A stretch of 64,000 bases of DNA from an uncultured Gammaproteobacteria bacterium (GTDB lineage Bacteria > Pseudomonadota > Gammaproteobacteria > Eutrophobiales > Eutrophobiaceae), in the NCBI GenBank assembly GCA_943788815.1, contig CALSRS010000001.1, positions 900,069-964,068 of the forward strand. Direction: 5' to 3'. Position 1 is the first letter of the stretch. Each line of letters opens with the position of its first letter. A program made the translations under genes and the position numbers. Positions 9,101-24,100 of the stretch are shown here, one piece after another. A model generated the notes under the pieces. The model searched no databases, had not been told where the DNA came from, and saw nothing but the letters and a program-made list of their open reading frames with translations.

Positions 9101-12100
9101 GCTACCGTCAACATTATCAACAATCAAGTTGAACTGACTGGATGTGCTGGCACTGGTATTCAGGGTGCCAACATTCGATACATAGAATGCAGGCACTTCA
9201 AACAGTGAGTTGTCTGGATTATAGCGCGGTGCAATATCGATGATATATTTACGTTCACCGTTACCAGGGTTGGTCTGTAGCTCTACTGCTAAAGATAACC
9301 CGCTAACATTGAGCAGGGTATTTATTATATTGGCAATATCCGTTTCATTGGCATCCCACTGTACAATTGCGCTCGATCCACTTTCCGAAGCAATCTGGTA
9401 TGTCCCGCTACTGGCTTGTGTTGTCAATGTGAACTGGTTAGCAAAAGCAATAGGCTGGGCTGTGGGTATAAAGGCTGCGATCTCGGCAATATTTTTACCT
9501 GCAGATTCACCAATGAAGGAAATCTGGTATTGCTTGATTTGATCATTGAACTGATCTGGCGTAGTGATATTGATATTGGCCACAGGTTCGCCCGTCATGA
9601 TTGCCAAAGCACCAGCAATTTCACTATCGGTTGCATCCCAATTCAACAACTCATAAGTTATGCCACCGTCAGTAGATAAATGATAGGTGCCGGCTTCGGC
9701 CTGAATATTTAGCAGGAATGTCTCTGGCACGCTGGGCATATCCAGACCAGTCAGGGTGGTATCTGTCAGCCACAGGGTATTATCATTGGTATCCCCGCTG
9801 TCATTTACAATCAGAGAATTGTTACCAAAGTCATCACCGATTATGGTTAATAACGCCATAATTTGATCAACAAGCTGGCTATCACTGCTGACGGTCACGA
9901 GATTATTATCAGCAAGTGCCTGGTCAGTGCCAAGGTTGACCATGGTATGACCGGAAATCGTTTTTATATCAATGATACTGCCACCGGCACCGGTATATAT
10001 ATTTGTCGCGCCGGCATGGGTGGCTTCTATGGTCAGGGTGTCCTTGCCGCTGCCGAGGTACAGATTAAGTTCTTCCAGGTTTGCGTAGCGAATTCCACCC
10101 GGAATATCCTGACCGGCCAGCTCTATCCCGGTACCCATACCAAAACCGGTAAGGCTTTCCGCTGTCAGTATGCCAAATTCCTCAGCCGGGCTGCCGCTGT
10201 TATTAAAATTCAGTACATCAACCTGTTCTTCCTCGACCACCCTTTCATTACGATTTAGTGGGCGGTAATAGTATTCATCATTATTGCTGTCATATCCTGT
10301 TGGCCATGTGGCCGCGAGTATCACCCGGTTACCGATCACTGCCAGTATATCCACCACATCGCCGGTTATATTACGTGTGGTCTTATCAATAAAACCAAGC
10401 TCATAAGGCGCACCATTAATGCGTGGGTCAAATCCCTGGACCTCTCCGTCATCCTGATCAAAATTTGTAACCGTTTCATCGACAAACGTAGCAAATTCTG
10501 TGATTCCAGTCTTGTCAGAGTCGGTTAGAAATTCTCTCAGAACCTGGTAATTCACTGTCGTCGTTAATTCGGGCTGGGCAAGAAAAGCCTCTAACTCGGC
10601 ACGGGTAATCGTGTTTGTAGTCGGTGTCGCCAGTTCTATCTGTATACCCGCAGTTGTTAGAGTACCGTCCTTGCTTCCGGTTGTATTGCTGGACTTTTGC
10701 CCATTGACGACCGGGTTGTTGGTTTCACCCGGCAACATTACTGGATCATTGAGATCGACATAACTCGCGGCCACCGCCCCACCCTCGATACTGATAGGTC
10801 CGCGGATCTGGTTAACCCTTTGCTCTGCCGGGGCAAAAACCTGCAGGTCTCCACCATCAACCGTATTATCATCATCTGCGGTTACCGTGACTACAAAAGA
10901 TGCAGAAGATGATGGTGTTACAGGATCTGGTGTTGAAGTTGTTTGTTTCGAATTACCAGCGCCACCGTCAGTGAATGCCCTGCTGGCATCATAGGTGGGC
11001 GTATCCAAATCGGTGACTGTGATCCCATCAGCAGACTTGGTCAGCACCGCCTTGTATGTATCATCCAGCCCGGCGAGCCAGTCAGTGAAATCCGTGCCTT
11101 TATATACGCTATCGGTATTGGTTCCATCATCGATGACCTTGTAGACCTCATATCTGCTTCCTTCATCTACATCATCCCATAGTGATGGATCTGCGGAAGC
11201 TGTCGCATCTATTTCAAAACGGTTAACCTTGATATTATTTTCATAGGCAGTAAATGTCCTGATTATTCCTTCAGCACCTGCACCCGGACCGGCAATTACA
11301 CGAATATTTTTTTCCTCTATGGTCTGATTATTAAGATTTGAATTGTGCTGCTGAATGGATACATTCAAATCATATGAGGTGCCAGGAGCCACTCCCCGCC
11401 ACTGGTAGTTATAGGGACCATAGTTATAGTTAAGATTCTCTGAATTATAGTTGCCGGTATAGTTGTCCTTGGTCTGTATAAAATAATTATATTCATATAC
11501 CGTAGACTCCAGATAACCAACCTCAACGACATAGGTACCTTCAATGTTAAAGGTGTTTTCTATATATGGATCCGCCGTAGAAGTGACCTTTACTGGATTG
11601 AGCATCATACCGGGGTATGTGGCAGACTCAGGCAAACCCTGTACATTTTGAATATACGAAACGAATCCCGCACGTAACTCAGGGGGTAATTGCTCTGAAA
11701 CCGTTGATAACTGCGCCTGCAGGGCTGCACCCGTTACCCTGGTCGAAAAATCCACCATTTCATAGATGATCAAATAAGGCGTTTTGACCAGATTTTCTTT
11801 AATATCATAGTGAACGCTGGTGGTAGTTCCCAGGGGATGAATAGCTGTGGCTGCACTATCATAAGTATAGTCACCAGCATAATTTCGCACATTCTCCTTT
11901 TCTTGTTTCACGTCATCAAGATCAAAGAGTGCACCGACACCATTGGAATTCACAGAAATATTTACGATGGCGTCATTAAGACCGGAGATTGTCAATTCGC
12001 GTATATTTACCACATCCAAACTAGCCGTATAGCCGGCCGTAACCAGGTCCTGGAGCAAATCTGCGAGTACGGTATCCATACTGGGCAGGTCACCATTGAC

Positions 12101-15100
12101 AGACGATGATGCCTGCGCGCTGGCCTTCTCAACACCGTCTATGGTGACAGTCCAGACCTTGCCGCTATAGACCGATTCCGAAGAAAAGTCATGCACATAC
12201 GTATCAAAGAATTTGACATCCGGGTCTGGGTCCTTATTCAATGTGGCGACCTTGTTTTCCACAAAGTGGAGGCTATCCACATCGAAGGGGGCATTTCCCG
12301 TTGCCGTGATTAACAGGGTATTTTTAGCCGTGTCCAGCGTGAATACATACCCCGGGAAGGCCGCATCAAGATCACTGAGCAGATCGGGGTAGACAGTAGC
12401 CGGACTACCACTGGTTGCGAGGGTGATTGAAGTTGTACTACCGTCGAGTTCAAAGTCCCAGACCTCACCGGCAACAAAACTGGTTTTGATTTTGGTAATA
12501 TCAAGTTTACCAACAAAATCGTCATCATTACTTTGTGTGGCAAAATAACTGATTTCAGTTTGCTCATCGTTCACAGCATTTGCCAGGCTAAAGCTTATGG
12601 TCGGTGCTGATGACAAATCAGTGTCATTGGTATTGTAGATATATGCGCTCGATGCCGAGGATGATTTCTGAACTTCATAGTTACCGTTTGCCGAGTATGC
12701 TGTATCGATGAGATCCAGCAAATCGCTCTGGCTGGTAGCTGATGCCGATGAACCACCGATGGTGTATTGGCCCACAATCCCTGTATTACTGATGGTCAGT
12801 TTGCGTGCCTCGAACAATGACTCCTCGGTAGCGACAGTATAATCCGCACTATCAACAACTATTGGCTGAGTATTATCACTATCCGTTAGAACAAATAGGC
12901 TACTGTTATCAGTTAGTGTGTATCCCGAGGTAGCTGTAGACCACACAGACCCGTCGAAGGTAAAATCAATATTGGTGCTGCCATTAATGACGATTTTCAG
13001 TAAATCTCCATTTTGTGCAGCTGTAAAACTGGCTGGATAGGCAATATTCGCACTACCATACAAATCAATATTGGACGGAGTAATGTTACTTAGTGTCTGG
13101 TAAGTGGCCGATACAGTGGTGATGTCTGTATCGCCATTATTTGCAATTAGTCGGCCACTATTGTCCAGGTCAAAATCTACATCACTAGAGGCCCATGCAC
13201 CCGCTGCAGTAGTATCATATTCAAAGGTAACCGTGATACCTGCAGGGCTGCCAGTCGGGTAGCTCGTGGTGTTCATGTTCACGGTAACCCTATCCCCGCT
13301 GTTGGGGCTGAGACCTGTAAGATCAGAAACCAGGAAAGCGGGGGCGTTTCTTAAGGAACTTAAAGCCTCGGTAACCGATACATCATCGTATATGGCGCTA
13401 TTAACCGTAAATGTGCCTGTAGAGGTTCGGCTGATTTCAAAATCAGTCGTACTGTCGACCATCTCATAAGTCCCATTAGAAGAAGTCCAGGTTGTGCCAT
13501 CGAAGGTAAAGGTTACGACAAATACAGAGCCATCTGTGATAATTGCCTTAAGGGTATCGCCTGTGGCCGGTATTACCGCCGGGGAGGACGGATACGTAAT
13601 ATCCGCTGGATCACCGGACGCAAAATTTCCAGTTGCATCGGTTATTGTCAGAGCATGGGTATAACCAGGATTAAATACTGCATTGGCCAATACCACCGCT
13701 GCATTAATATTATTTCCGTTAACTACTTCAAACTTCGAAGCAGGAACGGTGACATGCGTCAATGTATGATCCGGGTCAGGTGTAGTCCATGTGCTACCAT
13801 TATAGGTGAACACAACGGAATTTGTATTGATCTCGACGGTAATGGTTGAACCGGTTACGGGGGTAGTCGAAGGATCATTGATGGTCGCTGCACCGTATTC
13901 TGTCGTGTCATTATGGGACTGCGTTGAAACTGTAAAGTAATCGGCTGTATTGATATCAATATCAACCACGGTACCATCCGTGGAAGTAATTTTTCCCGTT
14001 GTCTCATTAAGGGAATAAACTGCGTCGTTGCTGGACCAGGTAACCCCATCATTGGTGATGAATGTGACCGTAGCATTGGTTCCAGAGGTACCGGCATCCT
14101 GATTGGTATCAAGGCCTACCTCGACATAATCACCGATGGCCGGAGACAGTGCCAATGATGCTTCACCACCCACCACCGGAGCGTCCGTCAGGGCGGTTAT
14201 GGGTAGCACCTGCCGCAAACTGAAGCTTGATGGTGAGGCAGAAGTATCCACCAAGATATAGGTACCGTCAATTTCCAGGGGATCAGTAAAGTTGGCATCA
14301 GCCGTATATGCAGCCACAAACGATTCGGCAAAATCATTTTCCAAACCCAGGTCCGCCACGGTAAAGGTAAAACTATTACTCCCGTCACTGAATGTCCATT
14401 TTGTCCCCACAGAGGCAGCGGCCGGTACAGGTATCAATACAGCAGCAGCCTCATTAACCGTTGGCAACTCTACGTTGTCGTAATTGATATCGAGACTGTA
14501 GGTATAACCTTCGCCTGCGGGCACCGTTATTTCCAGGGTAGTGCCATTTCTGTTTGCACTGCCACCGATCAACTGTACAAGCCTGTCGATCACCTGGGTC
14601 TGGTTGGCATAAGTTGAACTGGTTGTTACTTTATGGGTAACAGGTGTTCCACCATTGTCTATGGTCAGGATCCAGTCTTCTTTATTATAGTTGACAGTGG
14701 CTGAACCAAAATCCACTTCCATCTTCTGTCCAACACCGATTTCTGCGGGTATGCCAGTTAGCGTGACTGAAGGTGTATTTGTTTGATCCTGACTGGTCCT
14801 GGTATGTTCCACCCAGACGGAGATGGCCGCCGCAGATCCCGAGTAAACCAGGTTATTACCACTCTTGCTCAAACCAATCAGGCCGTCAAATTCAGTGGCC
14901 AGATTATCCGTAGAGCTGAGTACGGTGTAGCTTTCTATAGTATTTCCAACCTGGATAAACCACTCATCTCCATTCTCAAGATTATTGAAATTATTGAAGG
15001 TAATGGTCGCATTGGTAAAAAGAATATCGCCGTTACCGTCATGATTATCAATCACTGTTGTCCTGGCAGTGACTCTGTCCGCGGGTTGCTTGACTGTCAG

Positions 15101-18100
15101 AACCGGCGCACTGGTAAAGTAAAAAGCGGTATTGGGAGCTGCAGTCAGGGTTACAACATCCCCACTTGTACTGGCCGTTATCGCTCCGGCAGTTGATGAC
15201 TCGGCATTGATTGCATTGACCAGATTTTGGGCAAGAGACACACCCGATGTAACAACGTAATCACTGATGTTGGTTGTGGTGTGGGATGTTTCCCCGGGCT
15301 TGTTTATCACCAGAGACGCACTCAGCAACTGACCATTGATAGGGTCACCGTCCATGGTTATCGCGGCAGTCTTATACCAGTTGGCCACCAGGATAGTTGA
15401 GTTCACAGCATCAAACGTGGATCCGCCGGCACTAGTCAACATGGCTGTATTAACGACAAAATTATAGCGATCCACGGTGCCATCACCGCCACCCGAAATA
15501 GTGGTATAGGGTGTGGAAGAATCAATATTTAATTCACTGGCACCTGGCGGTATATCATCTCCAATATTTCCATTGGCAAAGGTATACCAGTTGTCTGCGT
15601 CTTTATTAGCTGGAATTGTTAGATCTGCAGGGTAGTCCGGATCTTTTACCCAGTCATCAATATTACTGCCGATAATATTGTTATTTGCGTCTTCATCCTC
15701 AAGGATAGGGTCCGGTGCAAAGGCCCAGGCGTCGCGTTTATGCCCTTCTACAGAAACTTGCAGTTCATAGTCGACACCATCCGGCAATCCCAGCTTAAAT
15801 CCTTCCTTATAGTTGTAATACCAGTCATAGCTGTTCGTCACTTCAATAACATAGGTACCAACGCTATTGATTTCATATGTATTGAAATCATCGTACCAAT
15901 ACATATCATAGGTATAATCAACCGAGTTATACGTATAATCCCACGTGCTGCCACCGCTGGCATAAGGACCTGCACTTAAATAAGTAGTATCGGTACGTGC
16001 GGCGAAGCGCTGATTATAATCAGTCGCATAGTCCTGGGGACTGACCTCGATGAACTTGGTCGAATCGGTGGGGTCTACCTTGTATAACTTAAGTTGGCTA
16101 CGCCACCAGAGATCATCACCATAGGTATAGCCCTTGTCCACATCAAGATTGACCGTCACGGAATTGCTGGCATTAGTCAGCATCGTAGAATCAATCTTGA
16201 AACTATAGAAATCTGCGCTGCCTTCCAGTTCTCCACTGATGCTGATATAAGGAAACGTGTTTGGAGCAAAAATATCCGTATCTACCTCAATACCCCACTC
16301 GGAATCCTCGAGATTCTGGGCGGTGGTGATGGTGTTATTTTTTCTGCTCTCACCAATTTCAGGTAGGCCAAAGGTACCGCTGAATTCCCATTCAGACGTG
16401 GTAGCATTATAGACACCCTGATCAAGCAGCTGCCCTTCCACGTAGACAACTTCCTGGGCCTTTTCTGTGACGATGGTGCTGCCATCTGTCTCAAGGAAGA
16501 TAATATCCTGAACCTCGTTGTCACCGATCATAACGTCCACAGAGGCAATACTAATACCGCTATATTCAGGCGCCGTTGTGGTAATGCTATGGTCGATATG
16601 ACTGTAGTGAATACCTTCAACCGCTGTGTCATCCATGGCGGAGATAGTTATCTTCGCAGCATGGTTCCAGTGGTAGATGTTATTAGCTGTATTTTCCGCT
16701 GTTCCACTATTGACAAAGGTTATGGACGATGGCTGGGTACTTAATTGTGCACCGGTATTAGGATCAACATACGGGCTTATATTTACTGTTACCGGTTGCC
16801 CCAGAGGAGGTTCTTTTGACAACATTAACTCATAGCTATCGTGATCCACCGCATAATTAGTCTGCCCTGCAGCCACATCTATCTCGCCGACTACTAATTG
16901 TTCCTGGGATGGTAATACCACCACATTCGCTGTCTGCGTATCCACTACCCTGACCACAAAATTATTGACTTCCACATTGTCATATTCATCGCCATCCACT
17001 GCACCATCTTCAACAATAGTGTGCTGTATCTGGTAGGACTGTATGCCTTCTATTCCGCCATTAAATGCACCGCTATCAACGGGTGCTGTAACCGTAATAA
17101 TGCGTTCCTGATACCAGTTGGTCTTGTCAAAAAGGAAGGTTACGCCCTTTGCACTGCCATTGAGTAATATGCCTTCCGGTCTGATCAGGGTATCAGTATT
17201 CTGGCTGTCCTCTGCATCTTCAGCAAATGCTGGCTTGGCAGAGAATGAAACAACCCCCTTGGGCGGACGGGTAAGTAATACTGCATATTGCACATAGGCA
17301 TAGGCGCCGAAAACCGCACCTGCCGGGCCTGCTCCGCCTGGGTTATCTTCAAATATGGTATTACCCGTACCAATCGGAATCAGTCTGACACCGGCTTCGT
17401 CTTCATCCATAACTTGTGTGCTGAGTGTACGAATGACATCGCTGGTCAGGGTTTCATGCTCTATCAGGCTGTTATAACCCTCAAGATCGTCGGCCACGAC
17501 AGAGACTGCATCACCGTCGGGTCCATCGCCTATATTGAAGGTATCAGAACCAAGACCGCCTATGATCTGCAATTCTGCATCAGCAGGTGTACTAAAAACG
17601 AAGAAACTATCGTTACCCTCAAGCCCATCCACAATAATCTGTTCGATTCCGTCATAGGACGTATAGCGGCCGAGGCCATAAATACCCTCATCTGTTACGA
17701 CGAAGTCATCGGCGAATTCAGTACCGATTACGGTTAATGAATCAAGGCCATCGCCACCGGCGATACGGACGGGGGAATTAATGGCATAGGAAATATAATC
17801 AGCCCCGTCACCACCATTGATATTCGTAATCGGCGCCAGTGGATCATCAGGGTCTACCAGCACAAATGATCGCACAAGGAAGTTATCACTGTCCGCACCA
17901 CCCAAAAGACTAACAGTGGCCTGGTTGCTGAGTACAGTAAAACTGTCGTCCCCGATCCCACCAATCAAGGTTGCCGCGGCACTCACACCATTGGACAGAT
18001 ATCCCTGGGTAGTGAGATAGGTAAGAAAGGTATCATCAGCACTCAAGCCCGCAAAGGTATCCCGTGGGGATTGATACATCTGTCCCAGCTGGAAGATATC

Positions 18101-21100
18101 ATCACCTTCACCAGCATCAACCGTCAGCAGCACGTTGGAATCATCAAAGATGAAAGTATCATTGCCGCCATAGGTAGACAGCGATAGTCCAGCAAATCCC
18201 GAATAATCTATTCTTTGGGCAACATCATAGCGATACAACAATGCATTACGGAACAGAAAATGGTCATCAACATCCTCGATGTCTTCAGTACTGATGACCA
18301 GAGCGTTACCGGCCGAATTGGCATCCGTTGCGATGACATCATCAAGATTGATATCCCCAGTGGCGGTACCATATATTTTCAGTTGGTAGTAATCAGCATT
18401 TGCACCGCCTGAAATATACATCCCCTCGACATTACCCACCTGGGTGACGCTGATTTCATCCTGACCGGCGCCGGTCAACAAGCTAAGGGCAGCCGCCGAT
18501 GTGACGGACGTAATATTACCGGTCTGTTCCAGCGAGAGAGTAATTTGGTCAACATCACTAATACTATCAACGTCAAAACTACTTCTCGTCGCCAGAGACA
18601 TGCCTTCGATTGTCCCTGCAATAATCACATCAGCAACGGCAATACCATCGGCAAGTTCGATATCCACGGCCCGGGAAGTGCCATTGGCAGATGTAATGAT
18701 TGCAGACTGATTTATGATCAGGTCCAGAATGTCATTAAACTGACCAGTGGTTACGACATGCATTCCATCAATTGAGCCGTCCAGATTGACGTTTGCATTG
18801 AGTGACGTATCACCCAGATCAAATACTATTGATGGGCTGCTACTATCTGCTGAAGTCACTACAGCAGTACTAATCAGATCAAGATCCAGATTGCCGTTGA
18901 CGGCATCTATATTAAATCCGTTTACAATTCCCTGTAGGTTAATATCGACACTCCCACCACCAGCTCCGGTATCAATGGAAACGGTGCCCGCGTTACCCGT
19001 GTTGTCAAAATCTATCGTATCAATTCCTGTCCCGGTAACTAGCGAGATCCCATCAACATCTCCTGCTGAGAGAAAGTTGGTAACGGTAGCTCCGTTGGCA
19101 AGATTAATATCTATGGCGCGGGAGGTGCCGTTTGCAGAGGTAATGATGGCGCCCGCCTGTATGGTCAAGTCGACAAGATCGGTAAAGACCCCTGCACTAT
19201 CCAGGAAAAATCCGTCTATGGTACCGGCAAGGTTAATGTTCGCATTAACCGAGGCACTACCCAGGTCAAAGATAATTGACGGGCTGGTACTGTCCGGTGA
19301 AGTAACCATTGCATTCACCAGCATATCGAGATCCGTAACCCCGTTATCGGCATCCAACCTGAAGCCGTTCACCGCTCCCTGCAGATTAACGTCAACCCGC
19401 GCCGCACCATCGTTGGTTTCAATGGTGACAGTACCGATAGTACCGTTACTCAGCAAATCCAGTTGATCAGCACCGCTACCCGTATCAATGGAAACATTAC
19501 CCGCATTGTCATTTATGGTGACGTCAATGATATCCGCGGCTGCGCCTGTCTCAATTACAAGGTTACCCATGCCACCGGAAACTGAGATATCAATCTCATC
19601 AACGCCATTACCAGTATCAATAGTAATGTCACCCGTGCTATCAATTGTAATGTTACCATCGCTATCAATGACAGGATTCGTAATACCAATATTCACAAAA
19701 TCTTTATCATTTTCTCCATAAAATGCTAACGAACCCTTCATTGAGATAACATTGACAGTATCCTCACCATCACTGGCAAATAACGAGACTTTACCCGCAT
19801 ATGTGCTATCAATATGAAATATATCGTCACCTCCGCCTGTGTAGATAGTGATCTCATCAAGATATTTTGCCGAATCAATACTTATTTCTTCGACGAGTAT
19901 CGTTGATGCATCATCATTAATATTCAAATTGAGATTCTCTACACCAGCAAACCATATGCCAAGATCATTCAGACCAACCACCGAATCATAGACCACGGTG
20001 TATTCAGTACCCGGTTCACGGCCTATGACAACCGATGAATCAACAACAATATCGACATCTTCAATTTTGGTAATAATGATATCGGTCGGCAAGTAGAAGC
20101 CGTCCGTATCCTGTACAGTTTTAATATCGACGCTGTGGCGCTGGTTTGCACCATCATAGATAAACAGGCCGTCACTAATGGGTACCGTGATGTCGGGAGC
20201 GGTGCGTAATGTTTGTCCAAAGGCCTCTTCAATCAACTGTGTAACCTGCAAGTCGGTAAAGAAACTGGTATCAACAGGGTTGCCAACAATACCATCGGCC
20301 GGGTCGGTAATGAGAGGATCAGCCAATGCAGCGTAATAATCATGCCGTGCAGACGTCAACTTGTTTTCAACAACCAGTGCATCCAGGTAAGCGTTCCAGT
20401 TATTCACGGTAAGGTAAACCCGGTCTGACAGTAAAGCACTTGCAGGATCAAGGGCTACCTGACCATCAACGGTCACTGGCGGCGTGATAGTATCATCACT
20501 ATCATTCAGGCGTCTTACCGCGACTGCTTCAAGGGCCTGCTTACCATCACTGTCAACACCATAGTATGAGTAGGTGTAATAGGATCGTTCATAATTGTCG
20601 ATCTCGGCAACATAGGCCCTCTCCATTTTTATTGGATCGTAACCATAAGTGAAACCATCGATACGACCTGTAATGAGATTCGATGATGACTTGTTTGCCT
20701 TGTTTCCATCCTTGTATATGACGTAGTTGATCTCGCGCAGGGTACGGCTCTCACCCAAGGTATCATTGGGCGGCAGTGCCAGATCGCCAGCCATGATCTT
20801 CGCGCCCTCCTCGTAGGGATCAAATCCGGTCGTGTTTGGTCGATTGAAGAACTCTTCTACTGGCGAATCGATTGTTTCAACTTCGCCAGGGAGAGCGGTA
20901 CGATACTCGGATTCCAGCCATATTTTCTGGTTATATTGCCAGGTGGATTCCCGCGCTGCCAGCACTGGTGAGTCCTGCTTGTACACTCGCAGCGCCGTAT
21001 CGCCGGTCCAGGAAAAACCTTCGGTAGTCCGAAGATCCTGGCTGACAGAGGTTAACTCAACAAAATGCTTGAGCTCGTTCAGGCGCGTCTCAATGGTAAC

Positions 21101-24100
21101 TGCCTCGGCAAGGGGATTGGCCAGCGCAATAGAAGCATCTTTATCCAGCAACTCGAACAAGGTCACGTTATTAAGTAAGGCATCAAGCGCGTCAAGGGAG
21201 AAATCAGCTTCACTCACAAGCGTGGTATTACCGTTGAGAATTAGCCCACGGTTTACAAAATTTTGTACAGCATCAACATAAGCCCGCTCCGCATTTGTGC
21301 CGCTTTGCAGGGCGGTGTCAAGTGCGATACTCGCCGTGTTCAGTGCATTGAGTGTTGTAGAGAGCTCAAAGATATGGGTGAGGGTATCAACCTGCAGTGA
21401 CACCGTGGCATTGGCAACGGTGTTGTCAGCAAGCTGATCGAGTATACCAATTTGGCTCTCCTTATGTGCCCTGGACAACGCATCCTGGACATCGATAGGT
21501 TCGACACCACTTGGTAGCACGGGCAGCTTGCTATAATCATAAATAAAATCTCCAAGGAGCAGTGTTTGTTCCTCAATGCTAAGGTCAAATCCGCTGTTAT
21601 CGCGGGCATTGATAGTCAACTTGTCACCATCACCAAGGCCGCCTGCAATACGCACTACCCCTTCAATTTCATTCAAGTCATAGTTCTCTGGCAGGGTTTT
21701 AATTACCGTACGCTCGGGTAATTCATCGAAGCGATAGGAAGCCGCACCCTTTTCTATCATGGTGTGCTTGATACGCTCAATGTTGATCGTGTTATCAGGT
21801 GCTGGCAAATCGACTTCATAGAACAGGCTGATCACATCCCAGAACAGGTTATTGCCTGATAGCGGTTGGGCACCACCCATACTATAGGTAGGCATCCATA
21901 CACCATCCTCACCTGTTATATGTGGCAGCCAACCATTGGCAGGTACCTGGTGAGCATAAAGATCGGTAAGGAATAGATCGGGCTCATAGAAGAAACCGTT
22001 GTTCAGCCAGTTAAAATCAGCAAAACCCCAGAAACTTCCGGAAGAAGTAGTAAAGGTCTGCTCAACGCGAGGACTGAAAAGCCCGGTACCCTCTCGTACC
22101 GGCTCTGCCCGGATCATGTCACCCGCAATAGCATGGGCAATAGCGGTGTTCATATAATTGAATAAATGCCGATCCAGCGTTATGCCGCCGGCATTGAAAT
22201 TTGTGTTTGGTGCAATGGTTTGCAGCGTATCGAAATCAACCTGTGTAGGGAGAATCGGTGACCAGTCGTTGTTCAGGGCATTGTTTAATGAGCTATAGTA
22301 GGCGACGCTATAGCTGAGACCAAGGAAGCCATGATAATAGCCATAGGAATCGACAGTCTGATAATCCCAGCGGTACTGGTTAGTATTCTGCAACTGTGCC
22401 TCGAAGGTATTCAGCGATGTCAAGAATTCGTTCTTCTCACTACGCGCACTAGCACCCCAGCTACTGGGTGAATTCTTCAGGGGGACAACACGATAAGTCG
22501 ATGCCGCCAGTTCAACTGCCTGGGCATACAGTTTAAGTGCAACGGCCAGGTTTGCTTCGAGCAGGGCCCAGTGTTTCAGACCGATATCGACGTTGAGCAA
22601 GTCTGAGGCACTTATCTCAGGGGCAACCCATTTCTTATAGAAGTCACGCCAGGCTTCATCTTTATCGGTTTGTGAAAGCAGGCTGTCCAATGAGCGATAA
22701 CGATGATTAAAAAATGCGTCATTGTAAAAAGCATTCTCATCAGCGGTGAACTCGACAGCAAGGTCCTGTTCGACGGTGTACACCGCACTGGACTCGGGAT
22801 AAGTAACGGAGAAATGCCGCTCCTCGCCACCAATTATGATTTCATCATTACCGGAACCCATGTTAATCAACAAACTGAGACTGGGGTCAATTCCATAGAG
22901 ATAAACCGTATCATCACCGGAGCCGGTCAACAGCGCGAGTCGTTCAATACTATCGATATTCTCGAGCTTGAGACCGGCGCCAAAGAGATACTGGCGGTTA
23001 TCTTCGTCGGTAAAGACATAGAATTCATCGGGAAGCGCGGTACCTGCTACAACCACGGTGTCAAAACCACTACCACCATAAATCTCAACGCGGTTGTTCT
23101 CTACATAATCGATGAGGATATCTTCATCTTCCTCGGCGATGTTGTTCTCGGCATCACCGGCACCGGCGGTGATCTGGCCGCCATCAATTTCCTCGGTGGT
23201 CATGGCACCGGGGGCACCCTTGGCCTGCAACTGCGCCTTGAGGAAAAAGGTATCATCACCGGCCTCACCGAAGAGTTCAAGTTCACCAATGTTATGGTTG
23301 ACCTCAAAGTAGTCATCATTACCGCCACCAAAAAAGGCCGCGTTGAAGCTGACTCCGGGTGTAATACCGTTCTCGCCGTCAACCACTTCAACCATGAGAC
23401 CGCCAATATCGACGGTCTTGGTCTTAATCACGCGGCCGATAAGAAAATTGTCCTTGCCTTCGTCACCGGACACCACCATGGCGGCCATGCTATCGTCGGA
23501 AATAAATGTATCGTTCCCCTTACCGCCACGGATATCAATCACCTCTACGCTGCGATCATAGTAAACGCGCTGATAAACCGTAGGATCAGACACGGATATT
23601 GACTCGCGCGTCGTCGCTGCCGCATCGGCAACATCAAGCGGCGTGCTGGCCACGTTCGTGGTAACGCCAATGGCAAAAAAGTTTTCCTTGTCATCAAGCA
23701 GTGCATCATCAAGAAAAACACGCCAGGGTGACTGGCTTGTACCTGCACCGGTGACGGTTGCCACCGTAATATCGTCCAGACTCTCAAGTGCAGCTTCTAT
23801 GTCCGTAGCGTTGGATTGGTGAGAAAGACCAGAAGTACTGGTATTACCGTTGTAGGTGACCTCAAAGGCACCGGTTTCGCCCGGCAGGATATTAAATAAT
23901 TGTGTTTCGTTTGCCGGCCGCTCGAACAGGGCATCAAGATCGGGTTTACCATCCAGCAGAGACTGTGCAAGGTCTGCCGTAATACGGGTCACCGTTGCCC
24001 GGGTCACATGCAATTTAATTTCGATATCATCGCTGAGCAGGCGGAAAAAACGACCCTCGGAGTTACGCCCAACAGTGCTGGCGTCATTAATAATGATGTT